From positions 16,926,001 through 16,990,000 of the forward strand of contig NC_043007.1 in the NCBI RefSeq assembly GCF_006345805.1: DNA of 64,000 bases, written 5' to 3'. The DNA is from Octopus sinensis (Eukaryota). A program made the position numbers and the translations under genes. The notes beneath the pieces are model-generated. The model did not search any database. It saw nothing but the letters and a program-made list of their open reading frames with translations, and was not told the origin of the DNA. Positions 38,197 through 50,100 of this stretch are shown piece after piece (the first letter of the stretch is position 1; each line of letters starts with the position of its first letter).

Positions 38197-38941
38197 TATA
38201 TATATACTAGGGTTAGGGTACTACATAAGCAAAGGAGGTGTTTATGTAGTACCCTAATATATATAAATATATTTATTACATATAAGAGGGAAAACCACTA
38301 CGTGGACATCCATTATGCTAGAAGTAGGTCCGCTATGCTCTTACCACTTGATATTAATCCGCTATGGTTTTACCACTTGATATTAATCAAATTAATATTC
38401 AATTTTTCTCCCTTATTATTTTAAATATAAATATATTTATATATCGTATATATAATTATGAATTTTGCCTGTACCGCTTTTACGTTTGTGGCCACTAACA
38501 TTATTATTTTTAGGAATAGTAATGTTCTTTTATATTTATAAATAATTTCACACAGTTTGTTTGTTTAACTGGTGCTCAGGCACTCAAAGGAATTACAGAC
38601 ATGGTAGTGGTCAATATTAGTAGTTGTCACGTACAGATCTGACTGAAGAAAATCAGGTGATTTTGACACTAAATTCAAAATCATATCAGATTAACTGGCA
38701 TTCCTTCTGCAACTTTTGCAGAGGCAAGACACTATTCTTATTCACTAAATTTTTTTCCTATGAAGTATGTATTAATTTAGTGATTCTTCTGTGGCTTAGG
38801 AGTATTTTGACTTCTATTTTTAGTGAAGCAGGTACTTATGTAGTACCCTAGAAAATATTAATATATTCATATATCTAATTTTGCCTATATGGCTTTTACA
38901 CTCACGGCCACTAATGTCATCACTTTTAGGAATAATATTGT

Positions 38942-39019
<78 letters not shown>

Positions 39020-42000
39020 TATATATATGTATGTATGTATATGTATATATGTATATAATCAAAATAAGCAACAAGGATACCCAGAGGTAATGCAGTACGA
39101 TCATTTCATGCAACTCCATTTAACTGAACAATGCAAACATTACATCAATTTAAAATGTAGAGCAATCTTCAGCTGCACAAAGACATAGAATTTAATTAAA
39201 TTAGAACAGTTGGACACATTAGTATAATTATACCTAAAATCTCCAAGAAGTTAAGGCGATAGATTTATGGCTCTGCCACTTAAACTGTCTCTTCCTCTGT
39301 CTATAATAGATAGATTCTTGGTGTTGTCTCCACTGGACTTAATAGAATAATATTAAACCCCCTCCCCCAATATTAAATCTATATAACAAAGTAAATTCAG
39401 TGATAAGTAGTGTCTCCATGAATAAATATCCTTTACTACCATGTTTCCGTTGATGAGACTAGTCTCTCTGTCTATCTACTTACCCTCTTTGTGATGTTGG
39501 GAAATAGAATATGTATAAAAACAAATCTTTTCAATTTAACTAAAAATTCCATATGCAGCTGAAGATTGCTCTACATTTTAAAACTGATGTAATACTTGCA
39601 TTGTTTAATTAAATGAAGTCGCATGAAACGATCGTACTGCATTACCTTTGGATATCCTTGTTGCTTATTTTGATTATAATCACCCCATCTTGAATTATAT
39701 GGTGCCTTTAACTTAAGTACCATATTCAACTGAATCTAAATTTTTACTGAATGTTTATATATATATCACCATGATCACCGTGACTGTCCAGGCTATCAGA
39801 TGTAGCTACACATCGCTGGTCACAATGCGCTTCGCATTGTTTTAGCCTTCAAATGACGCCACCCCGCTGGCAAAGTGAGCTGGCAAACAGAAGAAAGAGT
39901 GAGAGAAAGTTGTGGCGAAAGAGTACAGCAGGGATCGCCACCACCCCCTGCCGGAGCCTCGTGGAGCTTTAGGTGTTTTCGCTCAATAAACACTCACAAT
40001 GCCTGGTCTGGGAATTGAAACCGCGATCCTACGACTGCGAGTCTGCTTCCCTAACCACTGGGCCATTGCGCATCCACTCATACATATGACAAATTACAAC
40101 AAACACAACTTTATATACATATATATATATGACAAATTACAACAAACACTTCTTTATATCATTTGTTAGTCCATACATAGAATTTAATTAAATTAGAAGG
40201 ACACTTTAGTATAATTTTACCTAAAATCTCCAAGAGGATAAGGAGATAGACAAAAAGTTACAACTATGATGTTGTTGGTAAAACATGCTCTTTGTCTATC
40301 TCCTTATCCTCTTGGAGATTTTAGGTAAAATTATACTAATGTGTCCATCTGTTCTAATTTAATTAAATTCTATGTCTTTGTGCAGCTGAAGATTGCTCTA
40401 CATTTTAAATTGATGTAATGAAATGATTGCATTGTTCAATTAAATTTAGTCACATGAAACGACCATACTGCATTACCTCTGGATATCCTTGTTGCTTATT
40501 TTGATTATATATATATATATATATATACATAGGGAGAGTTTACGAAAAAAAACAAAAGACGAAGACAGGTGGTGTACAAAACAAACAGATGTATTAGTAT
40601 AATGCTCAGAAATAGAAAAAGTCTTTTATATTTCGAGCCTATGCTCTTCTACAGAAAGGGATACAGTAAAAACAAGGAGAGAAAAAAAATGTGTGTAGTG
40701 GCTAACGATCAATCATGGCGACTATATATATGAGTATATGCTGCATAGTAAATTAGACAGATTAATGTTAAGATAACAACCTTTAGTTTCCACAGTCATT
40801 GAGTTGTTAACAGTTGGAAATAAATCATGATGGATAATTAGATGTAAAATAAGAATGGTATGAAGTGTAACTATTAAAGAACATTCACCCAGCACACAAT
40901 AATTACTTCCACTGTAAAGGATCGAAGACTAATTAAGATAATTACATGACTATGATGTTCAAACAATTCTTAATTCTAATATATATGTGTTTTGTATTGA
41001 ATTACAGGTAAATCCAAAAGTTTGTATTACATGAAGCTGAATCAAGAGATCAAAACCCTTCCCACCCTGGGATTTAATGTGGAGCAAATTGAACTGGACA
41101 GAACTAATGTGATTATCTGGGAAGTTGGTGGACACAAGAAAAGTCGTGCACAGTGGCACCATTATTATTCGAATACAATAGGTTAGTTACCATTTCTTTA
41201 TTTCCAGATTTATGAGGCCACACCAGTGCTGATTGTCTGTGATGCAAATACACTGTTATGATATTACTATATGATACTAGCAGTATCGCCCGGTGTTGCT
41301 CGGGTTTGTAAGGGAAATAACTATATAAGCATTTTTAGAGAGTTATAGCCAAAAAATAGCAAAAAAATGCATTAAAAGTGGAAAAAAAATGATGGTAAAT
41401 TTTTTTTTAAATCGTTGACTCATCGTAGACATTTATATAATAGCGAAAAAATGCAGTAAAATGGAAAAAAATGATGGTAAATTATTTTTAAAATCGTAGA
41501 CTCATCGTAGACCCAGAAGGGCTCAATATGAATCACGACTATAAGATACCCGGTTTTGGTTACACTGCACCGCAAAATGTGGGAGTAGTTAGGAATCTAA
41601 ATCGTAGGAGACAGACACACAACTTCACTTTTGTATATAAAGATTACTGAGGATATGATATTACTGAGAGTGGGACTTTATTAATGTCCAAACAATATTA
41701 ATGACAAAACTTCGTGCTGGTCTCAAAGAGACGACAATATTTTGACAAATTAAATTTAAATGTTAAAGTGAATCTAACGGTTTTTGTGTGTTTCTTAAAT
41801 GGCTTATAAACACCTTCCATGCTGCAATTGTTTTCGTTCCAGCACACGATCTCAGATCAAATATCACTCGCTATGCAAGTACATCTCCGTAATATTAATG
41901 AGTGCATGAGATTAATATACCCTATTACTAAATATGCGATATCATTTACCCTGTTCAATATCTCTTCACAGGCTTAATTTACGTAGTTGACAGCAGTGAT

Positions 42001-42116
42001 ACACTTCGGATGGAGGAAAGTTGTAAAGAATTTTTAGCAGTCATCCAGCATCCTGAAATGCAAGGAGTCCCAGTTTTGATATTAGCAAACAAACAAGACA
42101 TGTGTAAGTAATTGCC

Positions 42117-42174
<58 letters not shown>

Positions 42175-42312
42175 TATTGAAAATCAGTTGCTTCCATTGA
42201 TGACGTCTACACTATCAAACTGCAGGGGGTGTAGACAGGGTGTGCCACCTGTGGCAGACCTCGTTTTGCCCCTTTTATCATCATTATCTCAACCATCATC
42301 TTCATAATCTTC

Positions 42313-42349
<37 letters not shown>

Positions 42350-43842
42350 CCACCACTACAATCTTCACTGTAACTATCCCCACCACTGCCACCACCACAA
42401 CCACCACCATCATCATCATCATCATCATCATCATCTTCATCATCATCATCACCACCACCACCACACCACCATCATCATCATCATCATCATCTTCATCATC
42501 ATCATCATCATCTTCATCATCATCATCATCATCATGTCCACCATCATCTTCACCATAACTACAATTACTACCATCACCATCACCACCACCACCACCACCA
42601 CCATCTCCATCATCATCATCAGCAGCAGCAACAGCAGCAGCAATGATAACAGCAACATCTCTGCCATTACCATCAACCTCCCTTCAAAATTTCATGTTAA
42701 TTTACTTAATCGCCACCATCATCAAAACCACCACCACTACCACCACCACCACCACCACCACCATCATCACCTCCATCACCACCAACACCATCTTAATTTA
42801 AGCTATGGTCAGGAATATCAGGCTACTAAGAACTCCTAAGAAGGAAGCTTCATATAACAAATGTCAAAAGTACCTTAGGTCAATTGTACCCTATTACGCC
42901 CAAATGGTCCCACAAATACCAGAAGTAAATGGGAGATTAAAATTAAAAAACGTTATTAGCAATCAACATGAGATCTTAATTAAAAATCTTCCTACGTTAT
43001 GGCATCAGATTTTTGCAATGAGATAAGAAAATGCTTTTGAAAATGTCAAACAAATTTACAGCTTGAGGGAAAAGAAATTTATATTCATAAAATAGGACAA
43101 GTCAATCTAGTTTATGTCATGAGGATGAATGGGAAGAGCTGGAGAAAGAGGAGGAAGAGGAGAAGAGGAAGGGGGAGAGGTGGAAAAGGAAGAAGAGGTG
43201 GAAAAGGAAGAAAAATAGTGGAGGAAGAGGAGGAGGAAGAGGAGGGGAAAAGGGAGAAGAGGTGGGAAAGGAAGAAAAATAGGGAGAGAAGAAGGAGGAG
43301 GAAGAGGAGGGGAAAAGGGAGGAGAGGTGGGAAAGGAAGAAAAATAGGGAGAGAAGAAGGAGGAGGAGGAAGAGGAGGGGAAAAGGGAGAAGTGGTGGGA
43401 AAGGAAGAAAAATAGGGAGAGAAGAAGGAGGAGGAAGAGGAGGGGAAAAGGGAGAAGAGGTGGGAAAGGAAGAAAAATAGGGAGAGAAGAAGGAGGAGGA
43501 AGAGGAGGGGAAAAGGGAGAAGAGGTGGGAAAGGAAGAAAAATAGTGGAGGAAGAGGAGGGGTGGATTATGACGACAATGACGATGTTGATGATGATAAC
43601 GATGTATGACAAAATTTTTACTTTTTTTTGTCTTTGGTTAGTAAGTGTTATTTCCTATTTGCTTCTATCTAGAAATCAAAAGGAAATGACTACTATTCCC
43701 TTATTTCTTTATTGCCCACAAGGGGCCAAACACAGATAGGACAAACAAGGACAGACAAAGGGATTAAGTCAATTACATCATCATCATCGTCATCATCATT
43801 GTCGTCATCATCACCACCACCACCACCACGACAATCACCACC

Positions 43843-43876
<34 letters not shown>

Positions 43877-43887
43877 TCGTCATCATC

Positions 43888-43921
<34 letters not shown>

Positions 43922-44454
43922 TCATCCTCATCATCATCATTATCGTCATCCTTTAACATCCATTTTCCATGCTGGCATGGAAAATGGATGGTTTAACCAG
44001 ATCAGGCAAGCCAGAGAGCTACACAGATTCCAGTCTGATTTCGCTTGGTTTCTACAGCTGGATGCCCTTCCAAATGCTAGCAACTTTACAATATGTGCTA
44101 GGTACTTTTAACACTGCACCAGCATGAACTCCCTTCTTTCTTTTGCCTTTTCTAAGAAATTTCATTGAATGTTGAATTTAACCTAATTAATTTGTGTCAT
44201 GCATTATGTCATGCTAATGATTTCAAAGAAGGATGAAATAGTACTATACATGGTTACCAAGGACTAAAAACTTTAAGAACTTTATTTTATTTTGGAGTGG
44301 CAGTGTGGTAAGTAGCTTGCTTACCAACCACATGGTTCCGGGTTCAGTCCCACTGCGTGGTACTTTGGGCAAGTGTCTTCTACTATAGCCTCGGGCCGCC
44401 CAAAGCCTTGTGAGTGGATTTGGTAGACGGAAACTGAAAAAAGCCAGTCATATA

Positions 44455-44485
<31 letters not shown>

Positions 44486-45143
44486 GTTAATAAAATAAAA
44501 CATATGCATATATATAAACATATATGTACGTACCTACCTCTACATGTACATATACACGCATATATGTGTACAGGACACCAAAAAGACGTCGAACACATAG
44601 AGAGACGAAACACATAGACACAAACCAAGGAACAAGACAAGCAAAAAAAAGAGAGATACAGGACAATAAGCACAACGAAAAATCCCCTTCTTCAGTCACT
44701 AAGATTTCATCTACTAAACGTTTCGAAGGATAAAAGCGAGACGTATACTTCGAAGAAAAATTCCTTCCCGCGAAAAGCAAATCAATTAAAATTCTGAGAT
44801 CTTTTCGCAGAGGGGTAAAAAAAAGGAAGACGGTAACGACAGTACAAACATATAAACAGTAAAAAATATATATATAAACAGTGGAAAAATAAATATATAA
44901 CAGTGAGAGACAAGACAAGGAGAACAAGATAAGAAGGGCTGTTAACGCCAGACGAAAAAAGTATTGCAAACGCTGGATTATCGTGGACGACGAGAGAGAG
45001 GAAATGTGTCGACCAGTAGCCTTACAAGGCGGGCGAGAAAGATATATATATATATATGAAAAAACAAGTCAAAATAGAAAATGCTAAAATAATTTTGACT
45101 TGTTTTTTCATATATATCAACTCGTGTGTTCCTTCTCACCCTT

Positions 45144-45218
<75 letters not shown>

Positions 45219-45754
45219 TGTGTGTGTATGTTTGTGTGTCTTTGTTTGTCCTTCCAACATCGCTTGACAACCGATGCTGGTGTGTTTACATCCCCCGTAA
45301 CTTAGTGGTGTGGCAAAAGAGACCGATAGAATAAGTACTAGGCTTACAATGAATAAGTCTTGGGGGTCGATTTGCTCGACTAAAGGCAGTGCTCCAGCAT
45401 GGCCACAGTCAAATGACTGAAACAAGTAACTAAAAATGAGTAAGTAATTAAAAATTAAATATGCATGTTTTTCAACCTAGTAGAGATCCTCTCCCCTGAA
45501 GCAAACCACATTTTTGATATAATTTTCTCTTCCTCTTTTCAGCATCGGCAATATCCACTGCGGCCATTTCAGATTATTTCATGCTAGATACAACACTAAA
45601 AGACAGAAACTGGTTCATCCTAAGCGTTTCCTCCGTATCAGGGTTTGGCTTCACAGAAGCACTTACTCTCTTAAACGCTCTTGTCACTGAATTCAGGAAA
45701 AGAAAAAGCTCACGAAGAAAAAGAGAGGAACTCACAGAGATGAAGCAAAGCTAA
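32769..45754 (+). CDS. Spliced ARF/ARL-family small GTPase, join(32769..32850,41008..41181,41972..42103,45543..45754), 199 aa
   Basis: Four GT-AG-bounded exons (82+174+132+212=600 nt, all introns phase 1) join into MGHSNSTCCVRKSKTNERVLMLGLDDAGKSKSLYYMKLNQEIKTLPTLGFNVEQIELDRTNVIIWEVGGHKKSRAQWHHYYSNTIGLIYVVDSSDTLRMEESCKEFLAVIQHPEMQGVPVLILANKQDMSSAISTAAISDYFMLDTTLKDRNWFILSVSSVSGFGFTEALTLLNALVTEFRKRKSSRRKREELTEMKQS*. Arf-family motifs: G1 GLDDAGKS, G2 PTLGFNVE, G3-like WEVGG, WHHYY, LIYVVDS, G4 ANKQD, RNWFI. The subfamily cannot be assigned without a phylogeny. Confidence 0.92.
33818..34047. mobile_element. piggyBac-type MITE copy 2 (ARL intron 1)
   Basis: TTAAccctttcat...gtaatgaaagggTTGA; colinear with 29721-29948. 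Confidence 0.75.
34283..34670 (-). mobile_element. SINE A (ARL intron 1)
   Basis: Family match. Confidence 0.9.
35143..35541 (+). mobile_element. SINE A (ARL intron 1)
   Basis: Family match. Confidence 0.9.
35874..37132 (+). mobile_element. Full-length (~1.26 kb) decayed mariner transposon in ARL intron 1
   Basis: Imperfect TIRs (tattgggtcatcccataaataatgc / gcattatctattggatgattcagta) with TA ends. Transposase remnants: HILLYEFNKG, QCQRWFQKF, WIPHKL, IMTGDKKW, LLSVWWD, FHQDNAWPH, PDIAPSDYHLF; stops and frameshifts present. Confidence 0.93.
39054..39678. repeat. Foldback element with ~125-bp terminal inverted repeats (ARL intron 1)
   Basis: tataatcaaaataagcaacaaggat...cagctg at the left end is mirrored at 39555-39678. 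Confidence 0.8.
39768..40076 (-). mobile_element. SINE C-related variant (ARL intron 1)
   Basis: Shares gagaaagttgtggcgaaagag and gtggagc(t)taggtgtttt(c)gctc with SINE C but has a different 3' part. Confidence 0.7.
40175..40508. repeat. Second member of the same foldback family, with an internal ~90-bp-arm hairpin
   Basis: 40175-40375 is self-complementary; 40345-40508 matches the reverse complement of about 39054-39215. Confidence 0.8.
41008..41181 (+). CDS. ARL-like GTPase coding exon 2 (P-loop end, switch I, switch II)
   Basis: Acceptor ttacag at 41007, donor gttagt at 41182; 174 nt; encodes KSKSLYY...PTLGFNVE...WEVGGH...WHHYYSNTI. Confidence 0.93.
41277..41643 (-). mobile_element. Non-autonomous Helitron in ARL intron 2
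   Basis: On the minus strand it starts TC and ends with the GC hairpin cccgagcaacaccggg followed by CTAG; inserted between A and T with no TSD. Confidence 0.82.
41972..42103 (+). CDS. ARL-like GTPase coding exon 3 (LIYVVDS...ANKQD)
   Basis: Acceptor tctcttcacag, donor gtaagt at 42104; 132 nt; contains the G4 NKxD motif. Confidence 0.94.
42285..42795 (+). repeat. Compound (CAT)n/(CAC)n trinucleotide tract, ARL intron 3
   Basis: Directly visible. Confidence 0.92.
43130..43560 (+). repeat. Purine-rich minisatellite (~60-66-bp unit, about 6 copies), ARL intron 3
   Basis: Repeated ggaggaggaagaggaggggaaaagggagaagaggtgggaaaggaagaaaaatag. Confidence 0.9.
44294..45432 (+). mobile_element. SINE A split by a Penelope-like insertion in its internal microsatellite (ARL intron 3)
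   Basis: 5' half at 44294-44450, 3' half at about 45225-45432, unrelated repeat at about 44560-45040 between TA tracts. Confidence 0.8.
45543..45754 (+). CDS. ARL-like GTPase terminal coding exon 4
   Basis: Strong pyrimidine acceptor ttttctcttcctcttttcag; phase matches exon 3; encodes RNWFILSVSSVSGFG (G5 region) and a basic tail ending at TAA 45752-45754. Confidence 0.88.
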
Positions 45755-46201
45755 CACATTTGGACAATTATATAAGAACTTCAATATCTATGTAAGCATT
45801 TCTGTATGAGCATGCGTGCATTTAAGGATGTAGATGAGTATGTATAAGTATAAGTATATACTTACGTATACATGTGTGCATATGTATGAGTATATATGTA
45901 CATGTGTATATGTTTAATGCTGCATAATGTGTTTCATCATCATCATCATCATCATCATCATTATCATCAACATCATCATTTAATGTCCATGTTCCTTGCT
46001 AGTATGGTATGGACAATTTCACTGAAACTGGTTTGGACCAGTAGCTGCACCAGGCTCCATTTTTTTATTCTGATATCGTTTCTAGAGCTGGATGCCCCTT
46101 CCTAACTGTGGCCACTCCACAGAGTGTACTGGGTGCTTTTTATGAGGCACCAGCACCAGTGCTTTTAAACATGGCACCAGCATCGGCATCAGTTCTGTTG
46201 T

Positions 46202-46503
46202 GGAGGCACATGGCCTAGTAGTTAGAGCAGCGTATTCGCGGTTGAGGGATTGCGGGTTCGAATCTCAGACCGGGCGATGTGTGTGTTTATGAGCGAAACA
46301 CCTAAGCTCCACACGGCTCCGGTAGAAGGTAACGGCGAACTTCTGCTGACTCTTTCGCCACAACTTTCTCTCACTCTTTCCTCCTGCATCTTGCAGCTCA
46401 CCTGTGACGGACCGGCGTCCCGTCCAGGTGGGGAACCTATATGCCAAGGAAACCGGGAAACCGGCCCTTATGAGCCAGGCATGGCTCGAGAAGGAACAAA
46501 CAA
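46202..46503 (+). mobile_element. tRNA-derived SINE C (Arg-like head) with a 15-bp TSD
   Basis: A box tggcctagtag, B box ggttcgaatc; TSD catcagttctgttgt at 46187-46201 and 46504-46518. Confidence 0.88.
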
Positions 46504-47321
46504 CATCAGTTCTGTTGTAGTGGATGGATTTTCTTGAGTACAGCAAGGTGCCATATATTTATGTATACCTATTTGCATATCTATGATTGTATATATATAT
46601 ATATGTGAAAATGTGTGTATGTATGCTTGTACAGGTATGTGTCTCTATGCTTGCACAGGTGTGTGTGTGTGTGTGTCTGTGTATACACACATACGTATTT
46701 TATACATATATATTTATATCTTAAATTCTGAAGACGATGTGTATGTACATGTGTATATGTGAATCTTCATGCCTCTGTTAATTCTGACCAGTACTAACAT
46801 CACTGTTTGACAACTGGTGTTGGTTTGTTCACATCCCTATAACTTAGAAGTTTGGCAAAAGAGGCCAATAATAATAAGTACCAGACTTTAAAAAAAATTA
46901 AGAACTGAGGTTAATCAGTGCAGTGAAATTGTTGAAAACACATACCAAAAAAAGCCGGCAGTTCAATGACCGAAACAACTACACAGTAAAAAAGACAATT
47001 GTGAGTTAGGTACCAGAAATAACCTAAACAAAACAACAAAGCTGCCGAGAAGCAAACACAGAAAACATACACACTCACATGTACACACGCGCATCCTATT
47101 TGGAATGAATCTACTCTTTGTGGAGAGCAAAATACCACTTGAGAGTGAGGAAATATTTTTTGGGGGTAAAACACTTCACTAACAAACAAACAAAAATGAT
47201 AGTACTATTGTGAGGCCAGAATAAGGGTTTTATTATTTAAAATTCTGAGAAAAGAAGAAAATAATATCTGAATCCCGTGGGAAAAAGAAAAAATATACAT
47301 GTATTGGACAAAAACAATGAG

Positions 47322-47372
<51 letters not shown>

Positions 47373-47412
47373 ATACACATACATATATATATATATATAT
47401 ATACATATACTC

Positions 47413-47467
<55 letters not shown>

Positions 47468-47494
47468 CTCATATATATATATATACATATACTC

Positions 47495-47553
<59 letters not shown>

Positions 47554-47557
47554 CTCA

Positions 47558-47830
47558 TGAAGGCACATTGCTCAGTGGTTAGAGCATCGATCTTACGATC
47601 GTGAGGTTGTGAGTTCAAATCCCGGACCGGGCTGTGTGTTGTGCTCTTGAGCAAGACACTTTATTTCCATTTTGCTCAAGTTCACTCAGCTGTAGAAATG
47701 AGTTGTGCCAAGCTGTATCGGTCGTTGCCTTTCCCTTGGGATAACACCACCTGGACTTGTGTCTGGGAGGGTAACTTTCTAGGTCCAATCCCATGGTCAG
47801 TCACTATCATTTTTGAATGTGAAACATCGA
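47558..47830 (+). mobile_element. tRNA-derived SINE D
   Basis: Head gctcagtggttagagc...gagttcaaatccc, core cttgagcaagacacttt; related copies near 1295-1510 (+) and 58975-59205 (-). Confidence 0.7.
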
Positions 47831-47920
47831 TTATCTGACAAGATGAGGCAATCATCATGTATGTATGTATATATAGTAATTTCCCTGTTTACTTTACACA
47901 TAAATAAGCAAATTTATACA

Positions 47921-48076
47921 TAGGTGTAGGAGTGGCTGCATGGTAACTATCTTGCTTATGAACCACATGGTTCTGGGTTCAGTCCCACTTGGGCAAGTGT
48001 CTTCTACTATAACCTCGGGCCGACCAAAGCCTTGTGAGTGGATTTGGTAGACGGAAACTGAAAGAAGCCTGTCGTG

Positions 48077-48152
<76 letters not shown>

Positions 48153-48355
48153 TGTGTCTGTGTTTGTCCCCCCAACATCGCTTGACAACCGATGCTGGTG
48201 TGTTTACGTCCCCATTACTTAGCGGTTTGGCAAAAGAGACCGATAGAATAAACACTAGGCTTACAAAGAGTAAGTTCTGGGGCCGATTTGCTCGACTAAA
48301 GCCGGTGCTCCAGCATGGCCACAGCCACATGACTGAAACAAGTAAAAGAGTAAAA
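47921..48355 (+). mobile_element. SINE A
   Basis: Family match. Confidence 0.9.
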
Positions 48356-49204
48356 ATGAGTATATAATTGGCATAGCAAAGACACACATGCACACACACA
48401 CACAGAGAAAAGCTATAGACTCATCCTATTTCTTAAACCAACAAATGTATATAGATAATATACTGATATACATACAGTATACTGTAGACAGCTGGATGAA
48501 AAATTCATCAGTCATTAGTCAATTCAAGAACAGATATCTGAAGCAATTTCAAAAGACTGTTTCATAAAAAATTATATTGGCAATCTTCAGAAGCATCAAA
48601 TTTCTGTGATATGGGAGTTGAAATATACTTCTAAACTGTAAATATTTCAAAATAAATTATTTTATTCACATCATTAATTGTCTCATCTTTTTACTGAATT
48701 GTTTTGTAACTTATATTTTATGTACACCAACACTGCCACTGCTGCTGCTGTTGTTGTTGTTGTTGTAAGGGTGATTAGGTGACGGTCTAGGGCTTAGGGG
48801 CAGGAGACCCCAGACCTTGGCAAAAAAAAAAAAACTTTGGTCGTCTTGTTGTAGTCGAGGGCTCTTCGTTGACGCCCGACACCACTGGGAGGTGGCCCTC
48901 AAAGTCGCTGGAAATGGAGATCTCCAGGTCCAAATTCTTGGACGGCTGCTACTGCTACTGCCACAGGAACTGCCACCACTACCACCACCACCACCATCAC
49001 CGCCACCACCACCTGCAATCAAGAACAACTATCATTTGAACACGGGCTTAGGTTTGATCAACCAGACTCAGGTGTCTTGGATGAGGGTATATGTTGTAAG
49101 ATCTGCAACACCCCAGTAACTTCAGGATAATACTAATGATATATCCAGGTATTACATCTATAGATGTATGTAGAACTATACATACATACATACATACATA
49201 CATA

Positions 49205-49635
49205 CATTATCATCATCGTATAACGTCCGCTTTCCATGCTAGCATGGGTTGGACGATTTGACTGAGGGCTGGCAAACCAGATGGCTGCACCAGACTCCAA
49301 TCTGATCTGTCAGAGTTTCTACAGCATGGATGCTCTTCCTAGCGCCAACCACTCTGAGAGTGTAGTGGGTGCTTTTACGTGCCACCGGCACGGGGGTCAG
49401 TCAGGCGGTATTGGCAACGACCTCGCTCGAATCTTTTTACACATGCCAATGGCACAGGTGCCAGTAAGACAATGCTGGTAATGGTCCTGTTCGAATGGTG
49501 CCTCGTACATGCCACCAGCACAGAAACCAGTTAGCCACTCTGGCAACGATCATGCTCAGATGGTGCTCTTAGCACTCTACTAGCACAGGGCACAAGTGCC
49601 TGTAAGGCGACGCTGGTAACGGTCACACTCGAATA
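49205..49635 (-). mobile_element. RTE 3'-tail-derived repeat
   Basis: Reverse-complement match to 9245-9720. Confidence 0.85.
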
Positions 49636-49769
49636 CATACATGTGAAATAAACATCAGAGATGTCTTTCCCCATGCAAAAACTACAGGAGCTCAGGGGTT
49701 TTGCAAGTTCTTCTAAATCGATTGCAATACTGGAAACCTTTCCATGTTGTCAGCAGGTATCTCAGGGTC

Positions 49770-50100
49770 ATAAGTGTAGTGTTGGTGAATCTCAGGAACC
49801 ATGGAAGTTTTGAAGGATGCAGTGCTCCAACAACTAACAACTGATGCCAGCAGTTTGTTCCATGCTTCAGCAACTCTTAGCGTGAAAAAATGTTTCCGAA
49901 AGTCATGGGAGCTGTGCTGTTTTCTGACTTTGTAAACATGTCTACGGGTGTTAGACGGGTGGAGTTTGAAAAGGTGCTCAGAGTTATTGTTTGTAAGATG
50001 GTTAATAATTTTATGGGTGTCTGCCAAGTCAGCTGCCAGACGTCGGAGTTTCAGTGTATCCATGCCCAGGGAAGTAAGGCGTTCAGAAAATGGCAAATGC
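49770..50100 (-). mobile_element. CR1-type LINE 3' fragment, same family as 6205-6690
   Basis: PFSERLTSLGMDTLKLRRLAADL...FFTLRVAEAWNKL. Confidence 0.85.

Noticed and set aside
41119-41136. Idea that A-to-I editing restores WDVGGQ in the ARL
   Set aside because: A-to-G changes cannot convert GAA (Glu) to Asp or CAC (His) to Gln.
46202-46275. tRNA gene calls for SINE heads (also near 3550, 35150, 47560, 60660)
   Set aside because: A/B boxes are present, but each continues into a conserved SINE body with a tail or TSD and lacks a proper cloverleaf end.
48518-48640. Protein-like open stretch SIQEQISEAISKDCF...KYTSKL
   Set aside because: The acceptor is weak, the segment is isolated and no homology was recognised.
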